Below, piece after piece: positions 14,183 to 23,428 of a stretch of 32,000 nt of DNA. The notes beneath the pieces were generated by a model. The model was not told the DNA's origin and ran no database searches. It was given only the letters and a program-made list of their open reading frames with translations. The stretch is taken from assembly GCF_000008305.1 (NCBI RefSeq), contig NC_006055.1, positions 690,001 through 722,000 on the forward strand, given 5' to 3'. The first letter of the stretch is position 1. Every line of letters begins with the position of its first letter. The translations under genes and the position numbers were made by a program. Origin of the DNA: Mesoplasma florum L1 (GTDB lineage Bacteria; Bacillota_I; Bacilli_A; Mycoplasmatales; Mycoplasmataceae).

Positions 14183-14211
14183 ATTATATATAAAACCCCC
14201 TAAAAAATCAA
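14183..14211 (-). promoter_or_regulatory. Near-consensus sigma-70-type promoter upstream of the Fic-like gene (and probably rpoBC)
   Basis: On the minus strand there is TTGATT (14211-14206), a 17-nt spacer, then TATAAT (14188-14183), about 80 nt upstream of the ATG at 14100. Confidence 0.6.
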
Positions 14212-14249
14212 TTAGACTATTTGATTTAAAGCGGAATTAAACTATTTAT

Positions 14250-14278
14250 TTGCATATTTTTGTTATTAAAGTTATACA
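14250..14278 (+). promoter_or_regulatory. Candidate promoter of the serine-hydrolase gene
   Basis: TTGCAT (14250-14255), a 17-nt spacer, then TATACA (14273-14278), 37 nt upstream of the ATG at 14315. Confidence 0.4.
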
Positions 14279-14314
14279 ATTATTTACAAAATAAAGAAAT
14301 TAAAGGGATCTAAT

Positions 14315-15424
14315 ATGAAAAATATTGAACAAAAAATAAACGAATTTATTTCTAATAATTTTTATCCAGGAGCTGTTATTAAAATTGATATTAATGGTAA
14401 AGATTTATACTACTCTTCATTTGGATATAGTGATTTAGAAAATAAGAAACCAATGAAGAAAAATCAGATTTTTCCAATTTATTCAATGACAAAACCAATA
14501 GTTGTTGTTGCTTGTCTTTTATTAATCCAAGACGGGTTGCTTTCATTGGATACAAAAGTTTCAGATTTTTATTCTAACTTCAATCAAAATATGAAAATAA
14601 AAAACTTATTAAATATGACATCTGGTATAACTTATAGTTGGAGCGCAAAAAACAACATTGAAAAACAAATTGAAATTGAAGAAGAAATTGAAACTAATAA
14701 TTATAATCTTCATGAAATAATTGAAATGATTAGCAAAATACCCACAGAGATAGAACCTGGAGCAGATTGAATTTATGGAATGGGTATTGATGTATTAGGT
14801 GGAATTATAGAAAAAGTTTCTGGAATTAAACTTTCAACGTTTTTGAAAGAAAAAATTTTTTATCCGCTAAAAATGAACGATACTGACTTTAAGATAAAAG
14901 ATTTAAATAGAAAACCTGTGAAATATAATTTGGACTCTTCAAATGGTTATAAGCTTATTAGAAATGAAAATTATCATTGAATGATGCCAGAAGATTTAAC
15001 TAAAATTCCAAATTGCTGTCTTGGAGGCTCTGGAGTTTTTACCACAGCTAGTGATTACAATAAATTTCTTAATTTTTTATTATGTGGAAAAATTGAAAAT
15101 AAAGAATATTTAGATACTAAATATTTAAATGAAATGACAAGCAATCAAATTACTAATTTAAAAAATATTAAAATTTTTGATTTAAACGAAGACTACCAAT
15201 ATGGTTATGGTGTCAGGGTTAGAACTAAGAACAATGTTTTTCCATTAACTGAAGTTGGTGAATTTGGTTGAGGTGGTGTTTTAGGAACAACTTCGCTTGC
15301 TGATCCAAAAAATAAAGTTGTTATGTCATTTATGGTTTCTGTTTATCCAGGTAATAATATGCTGGTTGAAAAGGAACTTTTTGACGCTTTATATAAAGAT
15401 TTAAAAGATAAAAAATTAATATAA
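14315..15424 (+). CDS. Beta-lactamase-fold serine hydrolase (class C beta-lactamase / family VIII esterase-like)
   Basis: Track ORFs 14315..14770, 14780..14980 and 14981..15271, plus a tail, share one frame and join across TGA codons. Stop is TAA 15422-15424 (369 aa). The SxxK nucleophile motif is YSMTKP (Ser codon 14483-14485), and a C-terminal FGWGGVLGT box matches the usual HxG/KTG region. Confidence 0.8.
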
Positions 15425-15455
15425 AAAAATCTTGCTCTAAGCAAGATTTTATTTT
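15423..15455. terminator. Bidirectional intrinsic terminator between the hydrolase gene (+) and rplL (-)
   Basis: Arms atcttgc (15429-15435) and gcaagat (15441-15447) form the stem, which is extendable by the flanking A-run and T-run. Either strand gives a hairpin plus U-tract. Confidence 0.7.
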
Positions 15456-15468
15456 GTTTTGTGGAATA

Positions 15469-15837
15469 CTATTTGTATTCTACTGATGCTCCTGCTTCAA
15501 TTAATTGAGCTTTAATTGCGTCAGCTTCTTCGATTTTTACGTTTTCTTTAATAGCTACTGGTAAAGTTCCGTCAACTAATTTTTTAGCGTCCATTAATCC
15601 TAATCCAGTTACTTCTTTAACTACTTTAATAACTGCAACTTTTTGTCCACCTGCGTTTGTTAACATAATTGCAACTTCTGATGGAGCTGCGTCAGCAACA
15701 GCTGGTCCAGCAGCAACAGCAACACCTGCTGATGCAACAACGTCGAAGTGTTCTTCGATTGCTTTAACTAATTCGTTTAATTCTGTTAATTTCATTTCTT
15801 CTAATGCTTTAATAATATCTTCTTTTGTAATTGCCAT
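15469..15837 (-). CDS. rplL: 50S ribosomal protein L7/L12
   Basis: An intact 122-aa ORF: MAITKEDIIKALEEMKLTELNELVKAIEEHFDV...KVVKEVTGLGLMDAKKLVDG... Confidence 0.97.
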   Translation of the reverse strand: MAITKEDIIKALEEMKLTELNELVKAIEEHFDVVASAGVAVAAGPAVADAAPSEVAIMLTNAGGQKVAVIKVVKEVTGLGLMDAKKLVDGTLPVAIKENVKIEEADAIKAQLIEAGASVEYK

Positions 15838-15896
15838 GATTTTGGTCTCCTTTAATATTTTTCTTTTTTGCTATTAATACATTTTGATTATTTGTA

Positions 15897-16397
15897 TTAG
15901 TCTTGTTTTGTATCAGCAACAGCGTTAATTACAGCCATAACTTGACGTAATGGGTAAAGTAAGCTTGATGCAAACATTGAGTATAAATCTTCTTTTGATG
16001 GTAGTGTAGCAACTTCCATAATTGCTGCAGTATCCATAGCTGCGCCTTCGTAAACTCCGGCTTTTAATTTTAATGCTTCGTTTTCTTTTGCAAAGTTTGC
16101 TACTAATTTAGCGGCTCCAATTGCATCATCATTTGAGAAAACAAAAACATTTTGTTGAGTTAAATATTCGTTTAATTCTGTTAAATTTAATTCTTCCACA
16201 GCTCTTCTAACAAGTGAGTCTTTGTAAATTTTAACTTCGATACCTTGTTTTAAAGCTTGTCTTCTTAAATTTGACATTTGTTCAACTGTTAAGTGTTTGT
16301 ATTCTGCAATAGCAACACCTTGAGCTGATTGAATTTTAGAAACAATCTCAGCAACGATTTCTGCTTTTTTAGCATGTGCAGGTCTATTTGTTGACAT
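15897..16397 (-). CDS. rplJ: 50S ribosomal protein L10
   Basis: An intact 166-aa ORF: MSTNRPAHAKKAEIVAEIVSKIQSAQGVAIAEYKHLTVEQMSNLRRQA... AGGAGG lies upstream of the ATG at 16397. Confidence 0.95.
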   Translation of the reverse strand: MSTNRPAHAKKAEIVAEIVSKIQSAQGVAIAEYKHLTVEQMSNLRRQALKQGIEVKIYKDSLVRRAVEELNLTELNEYLTQQNVFVFSNDDAIGAAKLVANFAKENEALKLKAGVYEGAAMDTAAIMEVATLPSKEDLYSMFASSLLYPLRQVMAVINAVADTKQD

Positions 16398-16578
16398 TCG
16401 TATTCCTCCTATTTTCTTATTTTGTAAAACAAAACCCTCGGTTCTTAATGCAAAGACCGAGGGAAACGTAAAAATACATTTTTTAAATTAATGTTTGATT
16501 TATTTAATAAATGTTTATTTTAATCCTCGGTAACAAATTAAGGGAATTTCCCAGTTACTGTCTTTGGTATTAATAGCC
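16398..16578 (-). promoter_or_regulatory. rplJL 5' leader (L10-leader-like autoregulatory attenuator region)
   Basis: A roughly 180-nt untranslated leader lies between the promoter (16586-16613) and the rplJ ATG. It contains a GC-rich terminator hairpin and an upstream duplicate of that hairpin's 3' arm (ACCGAGG; plus-strand cctcggt at 16525-16531). The duplicate could form a competing antiterminator. A further hairpin lies at 16528-16560. Confidence 0.5.
16424..16463 (-). terminator. Leader terminator (attenuator) upstream of rplJ
   Basis: The minus-strand RNA reads CCCUCGGU-cuuugcauuaaga-ACCGAGGG-UUUUGUUUU. This is a perfect 8-bp G/C-rich stem (16435-16442 / 16456-16463) plus a U-tract, about 30 nt upstream of the rplJ Shine-Dalgarno. 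Confidence 0.6.
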
Positions 16579-16585
16579 TTTATTA

Positions 16586-16613
16586 ATAATATCATATTGA
16601 TTATTTATTTCAA
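16586..16613 (-). promoter_or_regulatory. rplJL promoter
   Basis: On the minus strand there is TTGAAA (16613-16608), a 16-nt spacer ending in TGA (extended -10 TGn), then TATTAT (16591-16586). It lies immediately downstream of the YhgE/Pip stop codon. Confidence 0.55.
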
Positions 16614-16622
16614 TAATTACAA

Positions 16623-19178
16623 CTAAACTTCAACATCATCATTTCGTTTTATTATATCCATATCAGTTTCATTTGGAGGGAATACACCATCATTTTGACG
16701 TTTTTTGTATCATTCGAATTGACCTTCAAATGGGTGCAATCTTCTAACTTCTTGAGCAAGTTCTATGTAAATATCATCACTCATACTATTTCAGTTATAT
16801 TTAAAGAATTTTCTATCTGATTTAAACTCTGCTAATTCTTTAACTAAACCTAACGAGATCATTCCATCTATTACATGTTTTCCAAGGAAACTACCAAATC
16901 TTATTTCTCTATTTCTGTTTCTTGCTCCAATAAGACCAAGGGTAACAAAGAAAACTGCAAATATTAATAATATTCCTGCTTGTTGCATAATGTATAGTGT
17001 ATCTGTTGAATTGAATCCATTTTCTCCAACACCATATATTATTGATCCTAGTCCATGTAATACATATGTGAACTCAGCAACAAAACTAATTTTGTGGAAG
17101 AATTCAAATTGCATAAATGAAGGGAATGTTCCTCATCCTGATGAAATATTTATAACTAAATAAATGATAACTAAAACTTTTGAAATTGTTTCATCCTTAA
17201 ACAAGAATCATAATCCTTGTATAGTAAGCACAAATATAAGATCTACAAATAATAGCCATAGTCATACAGATAACATAGCAGCTGAACCTATTGCTATTCA
17301 ACCGGTTAGACTTAAAGCTATAGTAAGTGCTGTTGCTTGAACTATTCCAGTAACAAACATAAGTAATGTTTTTGATACATATCATTTTCCAGTTTTAAGT
17401 TTTTTAGTTCTTCTTGCTCTATCATATATAAATGTTTGCATAAATGTACCAACAAACAATCCGATGATTATAAAGAACTCACCAATTCCAATTCCATAAA
17501 TTCCATTTTTTAAACCAGCTATTTCAATATTAACTATTTCAAATCTATCAAAAGTTTTATGTTTAATAGTTTCAATAACTTTTTTGCTTAATGTATTTAA
17601 AAATGAAATTTGATTACCAAATCCATTTGCTACAGCCAGTTTATCCATGTTTTTATTAAATTCAAATACAGTTGTTACATTTCTATTTAAAGGGTTTAAG
17701 GTTGAGTTAAACACTTCTTGAGATTTAATTAATCTTAGATTAAATCCAGTTTTTTCATTTAAAATTGAACTTATTTTTGGTAAGTAAGTTTTAAAGTTAA
17801 ATTTTAAGTTTTGGATAGGGCTATTATTGATTCCCGCTACAAAAGCTGTTATGGCTTTTTGAACTTTTGAATCTAAACCCAATTTATCTATATGATCTAG
17901 ATTAATTCACATTTTTTGTGAATCTTCGAATGGATCTATTCCATGCATCACATCATATAAGTATTTGTTTAAAATATGTGAGTTGTCATTTAATAATAAA
18001 ATATATCCCATTAGTTTTGAATTATAAAGATCTATTTTTAATATTTTAGCTATTGTTTTTAATTGGTCACTACCTAACAATGATGCGATTGTATTTGTAA
18101 ATATACCATTTGTTTTTTGCGCTGCATCTGCTTTTGAAGTTATTTCTTCTCTTATATCACCAAAAATAGTATTTTCAGATTTAACTTTTTGAACATCTTC
18201 TAGTGATGAAGTTGACTCATTTACTGAGTCACTTATAACATACTGTTTATTTGCTTCAATAATAACGTCAGAATTATTTATAGTTCCAAAACTTTGAGAA
18301 ACGCTTACTTTTTCATCATTTAAAGGTGTGTATGTTACTTGTTTATAGAAGTTCTTATAAACAATATTTGAAATAAATGACGGTATGTTTTCACCTAAAA
18401 AATCTTCAATTGCTGATACTATAAGCGCTGATTTCATCTCCATCATACTATTTAGGTAATATCCAAAAATAAAGTTTCTTTCAAATGTTGTTCAAAGATT
18501 AATATTTGATTTAGGTAATTTAGGTGCCTCATTTTTTTTATTAAAAGTAGTTCCTACTTGTTGAATTAAATATTCTCCAAAGCCTTTTTCAATTTTAGCT
18601 TGAACATAATATTTTTTACCTTTTCATTGTTTTTCAATTTCTTTTTCAGATGATATATATCTGATGTTTGTGAATGCCATATCTTCTTTTAATTCTGGAG
18701 AAGAAAAAACATAATCTTCATCCTTAATATTTTTATCTGTTTTTTCATTTAAAGCTGATTTAATTATGTCTCATACGTTAAATTGAAAAATGTGATTTGC
18801 AACTTCTTCTTTTGAAGCTGCTATTGTTCCAGTGTTTGTATATAAAATTCCTTTTTCAATGTCATAAGCTGAAGAAATGGCTTGTTCTTTACTTATATAA
18901 CCATCCAGTGAATTGTATTTATAATCTGTTAAAACACCGATTTTAAAATCGAGTTTTTCCATATCATTATTTTTATATACTCAGACTGTATTGTCTTCGT
19001 TTAAAATTGCAACTGGTGCTTTTCCTAAATTTATTGTTGGGTTTCAAAAAGCAATTAAACATGTTACTCCATACAATATGGGTATTAATGCAATACCTAT
19101 AAATTTAGAAATCCTTTTTACCGAAGACAGAACTCGAGATGTAAATTCATCTCGAAAACCTTTGATAATGTCTATCAT
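16623..19178 (-). CDS. YhgE/Pip domain-containing membrane protein (851 aa)
   Basis: Track ORFs 18771..18962, 17907..18446, 17382..17882 and 16791..17114 are all in one frame, and I translated every gap (TGA only). Start is the ATG at 19178 after AAAGGAG; stop is TAG 16623-16625. The N-terminus MIDIIKGFRDEFTSRVLSSVKRISKFIGIALIPILYGVTCLIAFWNPTINLGKAPVAILNED matches the YhgE/Pip N-terminal signature. A soluble domain of about 560 aa follows, then a C-terminal multi-TM bundle. Confidence 0.75.
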
Positions 19179-19234
19179 ATGTCTCCTTTTAAATAAATGA
19201 ACTTTAGTAGTTCATATATATAAGATAACACTTA

Positions 19235-19260
19235 ATAAAAAAAATAACTTAAAAGTTATT
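19235..19260 (-). terminator. Candidate intrinsic terminator after the permease gene
   Basis: Arms aataac (19243-19248) and gttatt (19255-19260) form an A/T-rich stem overlapping the TAA stop. On the minus strand it is followed by a U-run (plus-strand A-run 19235-19244). The stem is weak. Confidence 0.4.
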
Positions 19261-20644
19261 TGATTTTTATATTATTAAATTTAAAAATTCCAAACAAGTA
19301 AACTAAGAATGCGATAAGAACCATTAAAATAGGTTTTCACAAGATTGAGAATGTACTTGCACCTGTTTGTTGATGGGGCATTATAACCATTAAATAAATT
19401 GAACCTATAAATGTAAGAGCACATGTAACTAAACTTAAAATCATTAGTGTTCAGAAAGTTTTATTTCCATATATTTTTTTATATTCTGGATCTTTCAGTC
19501 TTAATTTTATTATCGATGAGTTTAATAAAATTTTTAAAACACTTGTAGCTAACGCAAATGAAGAAATGATTTCAGAAATAGAACTAAATAAAATATAAAA
19601 TACTGCAACACAACATAACAAGATAATTGCCATATAAGGTTGATTTGTTTTTTTATGCACTTTTCCAAAAACAGAATGAACATCTCCAGTTTCAGATAAT
19701 TTATGTATTAGTCTTGATTGAAAAAATAATAAAGAGTTTACAGAACCAATAAATAAAAATATTGCAAAAATATTAAAAGTTAAAACAGCCCATCTATGCT
19801 GAGCAAAAATTGATGACGTTGTTCCTCCTGGATTTATTCAATTTCCATTTGAGTCAGGTGTTGCTAATGATAAAAGAGCAATACCATAACAAACGTATAT
19901 AACTAAAACTATTAATACAGCACTAATGATGACTCATGGAATTGTTTTTTTAGGATTTTCAATTTCTTCTGTAATGTATGTTGGGAATTCATGACCAGAA
20001 TATGCAAACCCTGTATATGTTATTGCTGGAATCAACATAGCAGATGAAATATATGCATGCCCTAAATTCTTATTCATTTCTGAATTTGAAAGTAAACCAT
20101 CTTTTGAACCATACATTATTGCTAAAATAAAAACTAATATGATTGGTAATGTTTTAACAAATAAAAAGAATAACTGTGTGTATTTACTACTATTTTTAAT
20201 CATTATTTGAATCCCAGCCAAAAATATCAAGATAAATATTGCTAAGCTTTTTTGTAATGTTTCAACTGCTATTTCTTCAGGATTTAATTCTAAGATTTGA
20301 GTTATCATAGAACTCATTGCAGAACAACAACTAGCCAAAGATGTTGCTGAAACAAATAAAATTAAAACTCAACCAAATCAAAATGCTAATATTCTTCAAT
20401 TACATTTTCTAATTCAACTATAACCACTACCACTTTCTCCATAACCTATTGAAGGTTCAATAACAATAAATGCATCAGGTAGAACTATTAAAGCTCCAAA
20501 AACTCACGCCAATATCATTAAAAGAGGATTTGCTTCAGATAAAGCAAATACCATATTAAAAGAAATTATAATGCTTGAACCTACTATTGCAGCTAATGTA
20601 GATGCTAATACTGTTCAAAATCCATATTTTTTATTTAGTTTCAT
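19256..20644 (-). CDS. APC-superfamily amino acid/polyamine permease (462 aa)
   Basis: Track ORFs 19934..20338 and 19451..19660 are in frame with the ATG at 20644 and the TAA at 19256-19258. All gaps were translated and contain only TGA. The protein is hydrophobic throughout: MKLNKKYGFWTVLASTLAAIVGSSIIISFNMVFALSE...SIGYGESGSGYSWIRK..., typical of amino acid permeases. Confidence 0.75.
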
Positions 20645-21653
20645 TTACTTCTCACTTTCTAGCAAAATTTATTGTTTTAAGAATGTAATCATCATTATAA
20701 GTCTTAATTGTATTTACATGCTCTGAGCCTTCGGGTGTTCAAATTTTGCTTATTTTTACTTTTTCATACTTTATTTTTTTCTCATACATTATCTGACTCA
20801 TCTCATATGGAATAAAGGTATCACCTTTTGAGTGAACAAAAAATATCGGATTACTTTTTGCTTTCTTCATATTTAATAATAAGTTATATTTTCTTTGTTT
20901 AGTTTTTGTTTCTTTGCTAAATTTATGTGTAAAAAGAAATCCTATCTTTCATCATGGAACATGGTATAAATTATTTTCAATGTAATATCTATACTGCAAT
21001 TTTATATTACTAAAACCACAATCCGCAACAACCCAATTTATTTTTGATCTTAACTTATTTTTTTGAACAAATAAAATACTTGTTGACGCACCCATACTAT
21101 TACCAATTAATCCAATTGAGTCTGCTTGTTCTTCATTTTTTAGGTGCTCAACAATAGTTTCCAACATTGAAATAGAAGAATATCCTATATCAGTTTTTTC
21201 ACCATAACTTAAACCGTGAGCAAATGCATCAAAAGTTAATATATTGTATCCTTGCTTTCAAAAATGATGAACTAATCTTAAAGCTAAAAATTTATTTTCA
21301 GTTCAACCATGTAATCCAACTACTCATTTTTTAGAGTTTGCATTTTTTGCAACTAAACAGCTTATTTTTCCATTACTATTAAATAAATCAAATTCTTCAA
21401 TCGATTTTTCGTTGAAAGTATCAGTTAAATAATTTAAATTTTTATTTTTTAAATCATCATAATAAATATCAAGTGAATTTACCTTAATTCCTTCTTTAGT
21501 AAAACCATCTCTATAGTAGTTGTAACAAAAGTTTTTATAATCTAAAAAATGAGAACTAGAATTTTTTTTAATTGATTTCATTTGTAACAATGTTATTAAA
21601 ACTGTTTTTAATGAATATTTATATTTATTTATTTTTTCCAAAGTAAACCTCAT
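20631..21653 (-). CDS. Alpha/beta-fold hydrolase (340 aa)
   Basis: Track ORFs 21324..21653 and 20952..21167 are in one frame, with gaps translated. It reads through TGA at 20652-20654 to TAA 20631-20633, overlapping the permease start by 14 nt. Motifs: HGWTENKF (oxyanion region), the nucleophile elbow GNSMGAS, and later VADCGF and GSEHV as candidate Asp and His. Confidence 0.75.
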
Positions 21654-21681
21654 TTTTCATATTTAAATTAATTATACATAT

Positions 21682-21725
21682 AAAAAAAATAATTCCCAAA
21701 AAATTTTTTTATTTTGGAAATTATT
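21682..21725 (-). terminator. Intrinsic terminator after the GNAT gene
   Basis: 14-nt arms at 21688-21701 and 21712-21725 pair with one position that is G.U on the minus-strand RNA. A U-run follows (plus-strand A-run 21682-21689). Confidence 0.6.
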
Positions 21726-21727
21726 AA

Positions 21728-22168
21728 TTATTTTTTAATGATCATATCAATGTGATCTATACCATCATCATCATATACTTCAGAGCATTCTACAAAACCA
21801 AAACTTTTATAGAAATTTAATAAATAGTATTGAGCGCTAATTTTTATGTCTTTGTTTGGTCATTCTTTATTAATTCAATCAATAGCATTTTGCAAAAGTG
21901 TTTTACCCATTTTAAGTCCTCTGAATTTAAATGGAGTTAGTACTCTACCAAAAGAAGCTGTTCCATCTAATTTTTCATATATTCTTAAGTAAGCCACAAG
22001 TTCATTATCATCATTTCTAATAATTAAATGTGTTGCTGTCAAATCTTGTTCGTCAATTTCGCATGCTACTCATTTTTGTTCGACAACAAAAACTTCACTT
22101 CTACTTTTAAATATTTCTCAAGCTTCATAACTAGTTAGTTCACTAAGCTTCTTAAATTCTATTTTCAT
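21728..22168 (-). CDS. GNAT family N-acetyltransferase (ElaA-like, 146 aa)
   Basis: This gene is absent from the ORF track because of four in-frame TGA codons; I translated it codon by codon. It reads MKIEFKKLSELTSYEAWEIFKSRSEVFVVEQKWVACEIDEQD...GRVLTPFKFRGLKMGKTLLQNAIDW..., including the acetyl-CoA motif R-x-x-x-RG-x-G. AAGGAG lies upstream of the ATG at 22168; stop is TAA 21728-21730. Confidence 0.75.
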
Positions 22169-22191
22169 AAAATACTCCTTTTCTTTTATAA

Positions 22192-22212
22192 TAAAAAAAC
22201 AGCTAACGCCGT
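22192..22212 (-). terminator. Weak candidate terminator after rplA
   Basis: The minus-strand RNA reads ACGGC-GUUA-GCUGU-UUUUUUU. The stem is only 5 bp (one G.U pair) but is followed by U7. Confidence 0.35.
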
Positions 22213-22216
22213 TTTA

Positions 22217-22900
22217 TTAATTAATTTCTACTTTAATTCCAGGACCCATTGTTGTTGAAATTGTAATGTTAATGATGTAATCACCTTTAACAGTTTGAGG
22301 TTTAACTCTTTTCATTTCATTTAGGATTGTAGTAAAGTTTTCTTTCAATTGTTCTGCTGTAAATGAAGCTTTTCCAATAATTGTGTGGATGTTTCCTTCT
22401 TTGTCTGCACGGAATTCAATTTTTCCTTTTTTAATTTCGTCGATTGCTTTAGCAACGTCCATTGTAACTGTTCCTGTTTTTGGGTTAGGCATTAATCCTT
22501 TTGGTCCTAAAACTTTCCCAATTGCTCCTAATTTTGCCATCATTTCTGGTGTAGCAACAATTACATCAAATTCAAATCAATTTTCTTTTTGGATTTTTGT
22601 AATTAATTCTTCTCCACCAACAAAGTCAGCACCTGCATCTTGAGCTTCTTTAACTTTAGTATTTGTTAAAACTAAAACTTTTTGAGTTTTACCTGTTCCA
22701 GCTGGTAATACTAATGCTCCACGGATTTGTTGATCTGCTTTTCTTGGATCGATGTTTAAGTTAAATGATAATTCAACAGTTGAATCAAATTTAGTTGTTG
22801 AAGTTTCTTTTGCTAATTTAATTGCTTCGTCAAGTGCGTAAACTTTTTGTTTGTCTACTAAACCTTTAACGCTTTTCATTCTTTTTGAAATTTTAGCCAT
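22217..22900 (-). CDS. rplA: 50S ribosomal protein L1
   Basis: Track ORFs 22577..22900 and 22217..22543 are joined in frame by TGA at 22577-22579. Sequence: [32 protein letters not shown]...[35 protein letters not shown]... The start overlaps the rplK stop by 1 nt (TAATG). Confidence 0.95.
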
Positions 22901-23328
22901 TAGTTAGTTTCCTCCATACCTGTAATTTTGATTCCCATGTTTTTAGCTGTACCAGCAATAATTTTCATTGCTGCTTCAACATCATTTGCATTTAAATCAA
23001 CTAATTTGTACTCAGCAATTTCTCTAACTTTGTCAGCTGAAATAGTAGCAACTGTTTGAGTTTTAGCATTGCTTGCACCTTTTTCAATTCCTGCTGCTTT
23101 TTTTAATAAAATAGCAGCTGGTGTTGTTTTTAGTATAAAGTCAAATGATTTGTCATCATATGCTGTAATAACTACAGGAACAACGTCTCCTGCACGATCT
23201 TTAGTAGCATCGTTAAATTGTTTTGTAAATTCAGGCATGTTAATACCTAAAGAAGCTAATTCTGCTCCTGGTTTTGCTTGCATCGCCATAAATTCTAATT
23301 TGGCAATACGTGTAATTCTTTTAGCCAC
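22900..23328 (-). CDS. rplK: 50S ribosomal protein L11
   Basis: A 142-aa ORF: (M)[56 protein letters not shown]... It has a GTG start at 23328, 8 nt after a perfect AGGAGG. Confidence 0.95.
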   Translation of the reverse strand: MAKRITRIAKLEFMAMQAKPGAELASLGINMPEFTKQFNDATKDRAGDVVPVVITAYDDKSFDFILKTTPAAILLKKAAGIEKGASNAKTQTVATISADKVREIAEYKLVDLNANDVEAAMKIIAGTAKNMGIKITGMEETN

Positions 23329-23422
23329 GGGCTTATCCTCCTAATATTCTGTTAGTCGGCTGCTTTTACTCGCTGTGGTCCATATGAAGTATTAGAACTT
23401 CTCCCACAATAAAAATCAGTCA
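23329..23422 (-). promoter_or_regulatory. rplKA 5' leader with a nested stem-loop (possible L1-binding autoregulatory site)
   Basis: The minus-strand leader contains UGUGG-GA-GAAGU-ucuaau-ACUUC-auaugga-CCACA (23374-23408). This is two coaxial 5-bp stems separated by an asymmetric internal loop carrying GGGAG and GGAC. The architecture resembles L1-binding sites. Confidence 0.35.
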
Positions 23423-23428
23423 TTTTTA

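Noticed and set aside
17197-19200. ORFs 17197..17385 (-, off-frame) and 18991..19200 (+, antisense) within the YhgE/Pip gene
   Set aside because: The YhgE/Pip frame is continuous from 19178 to 16623 once TGA is read as Trp. These ORFs are in other frames or on the other strand and lack any signal.
23352-23423. 23-codon ORF (MTDFYCGRSSNTSYGPQRVKAAD) inside the rplKA leader, considered as a possible leader peptide
   Set aside because: Its ATG coincides with the predicted transcription start and has no ribosome-binding site. The region is better explained as a structured RNA leader.
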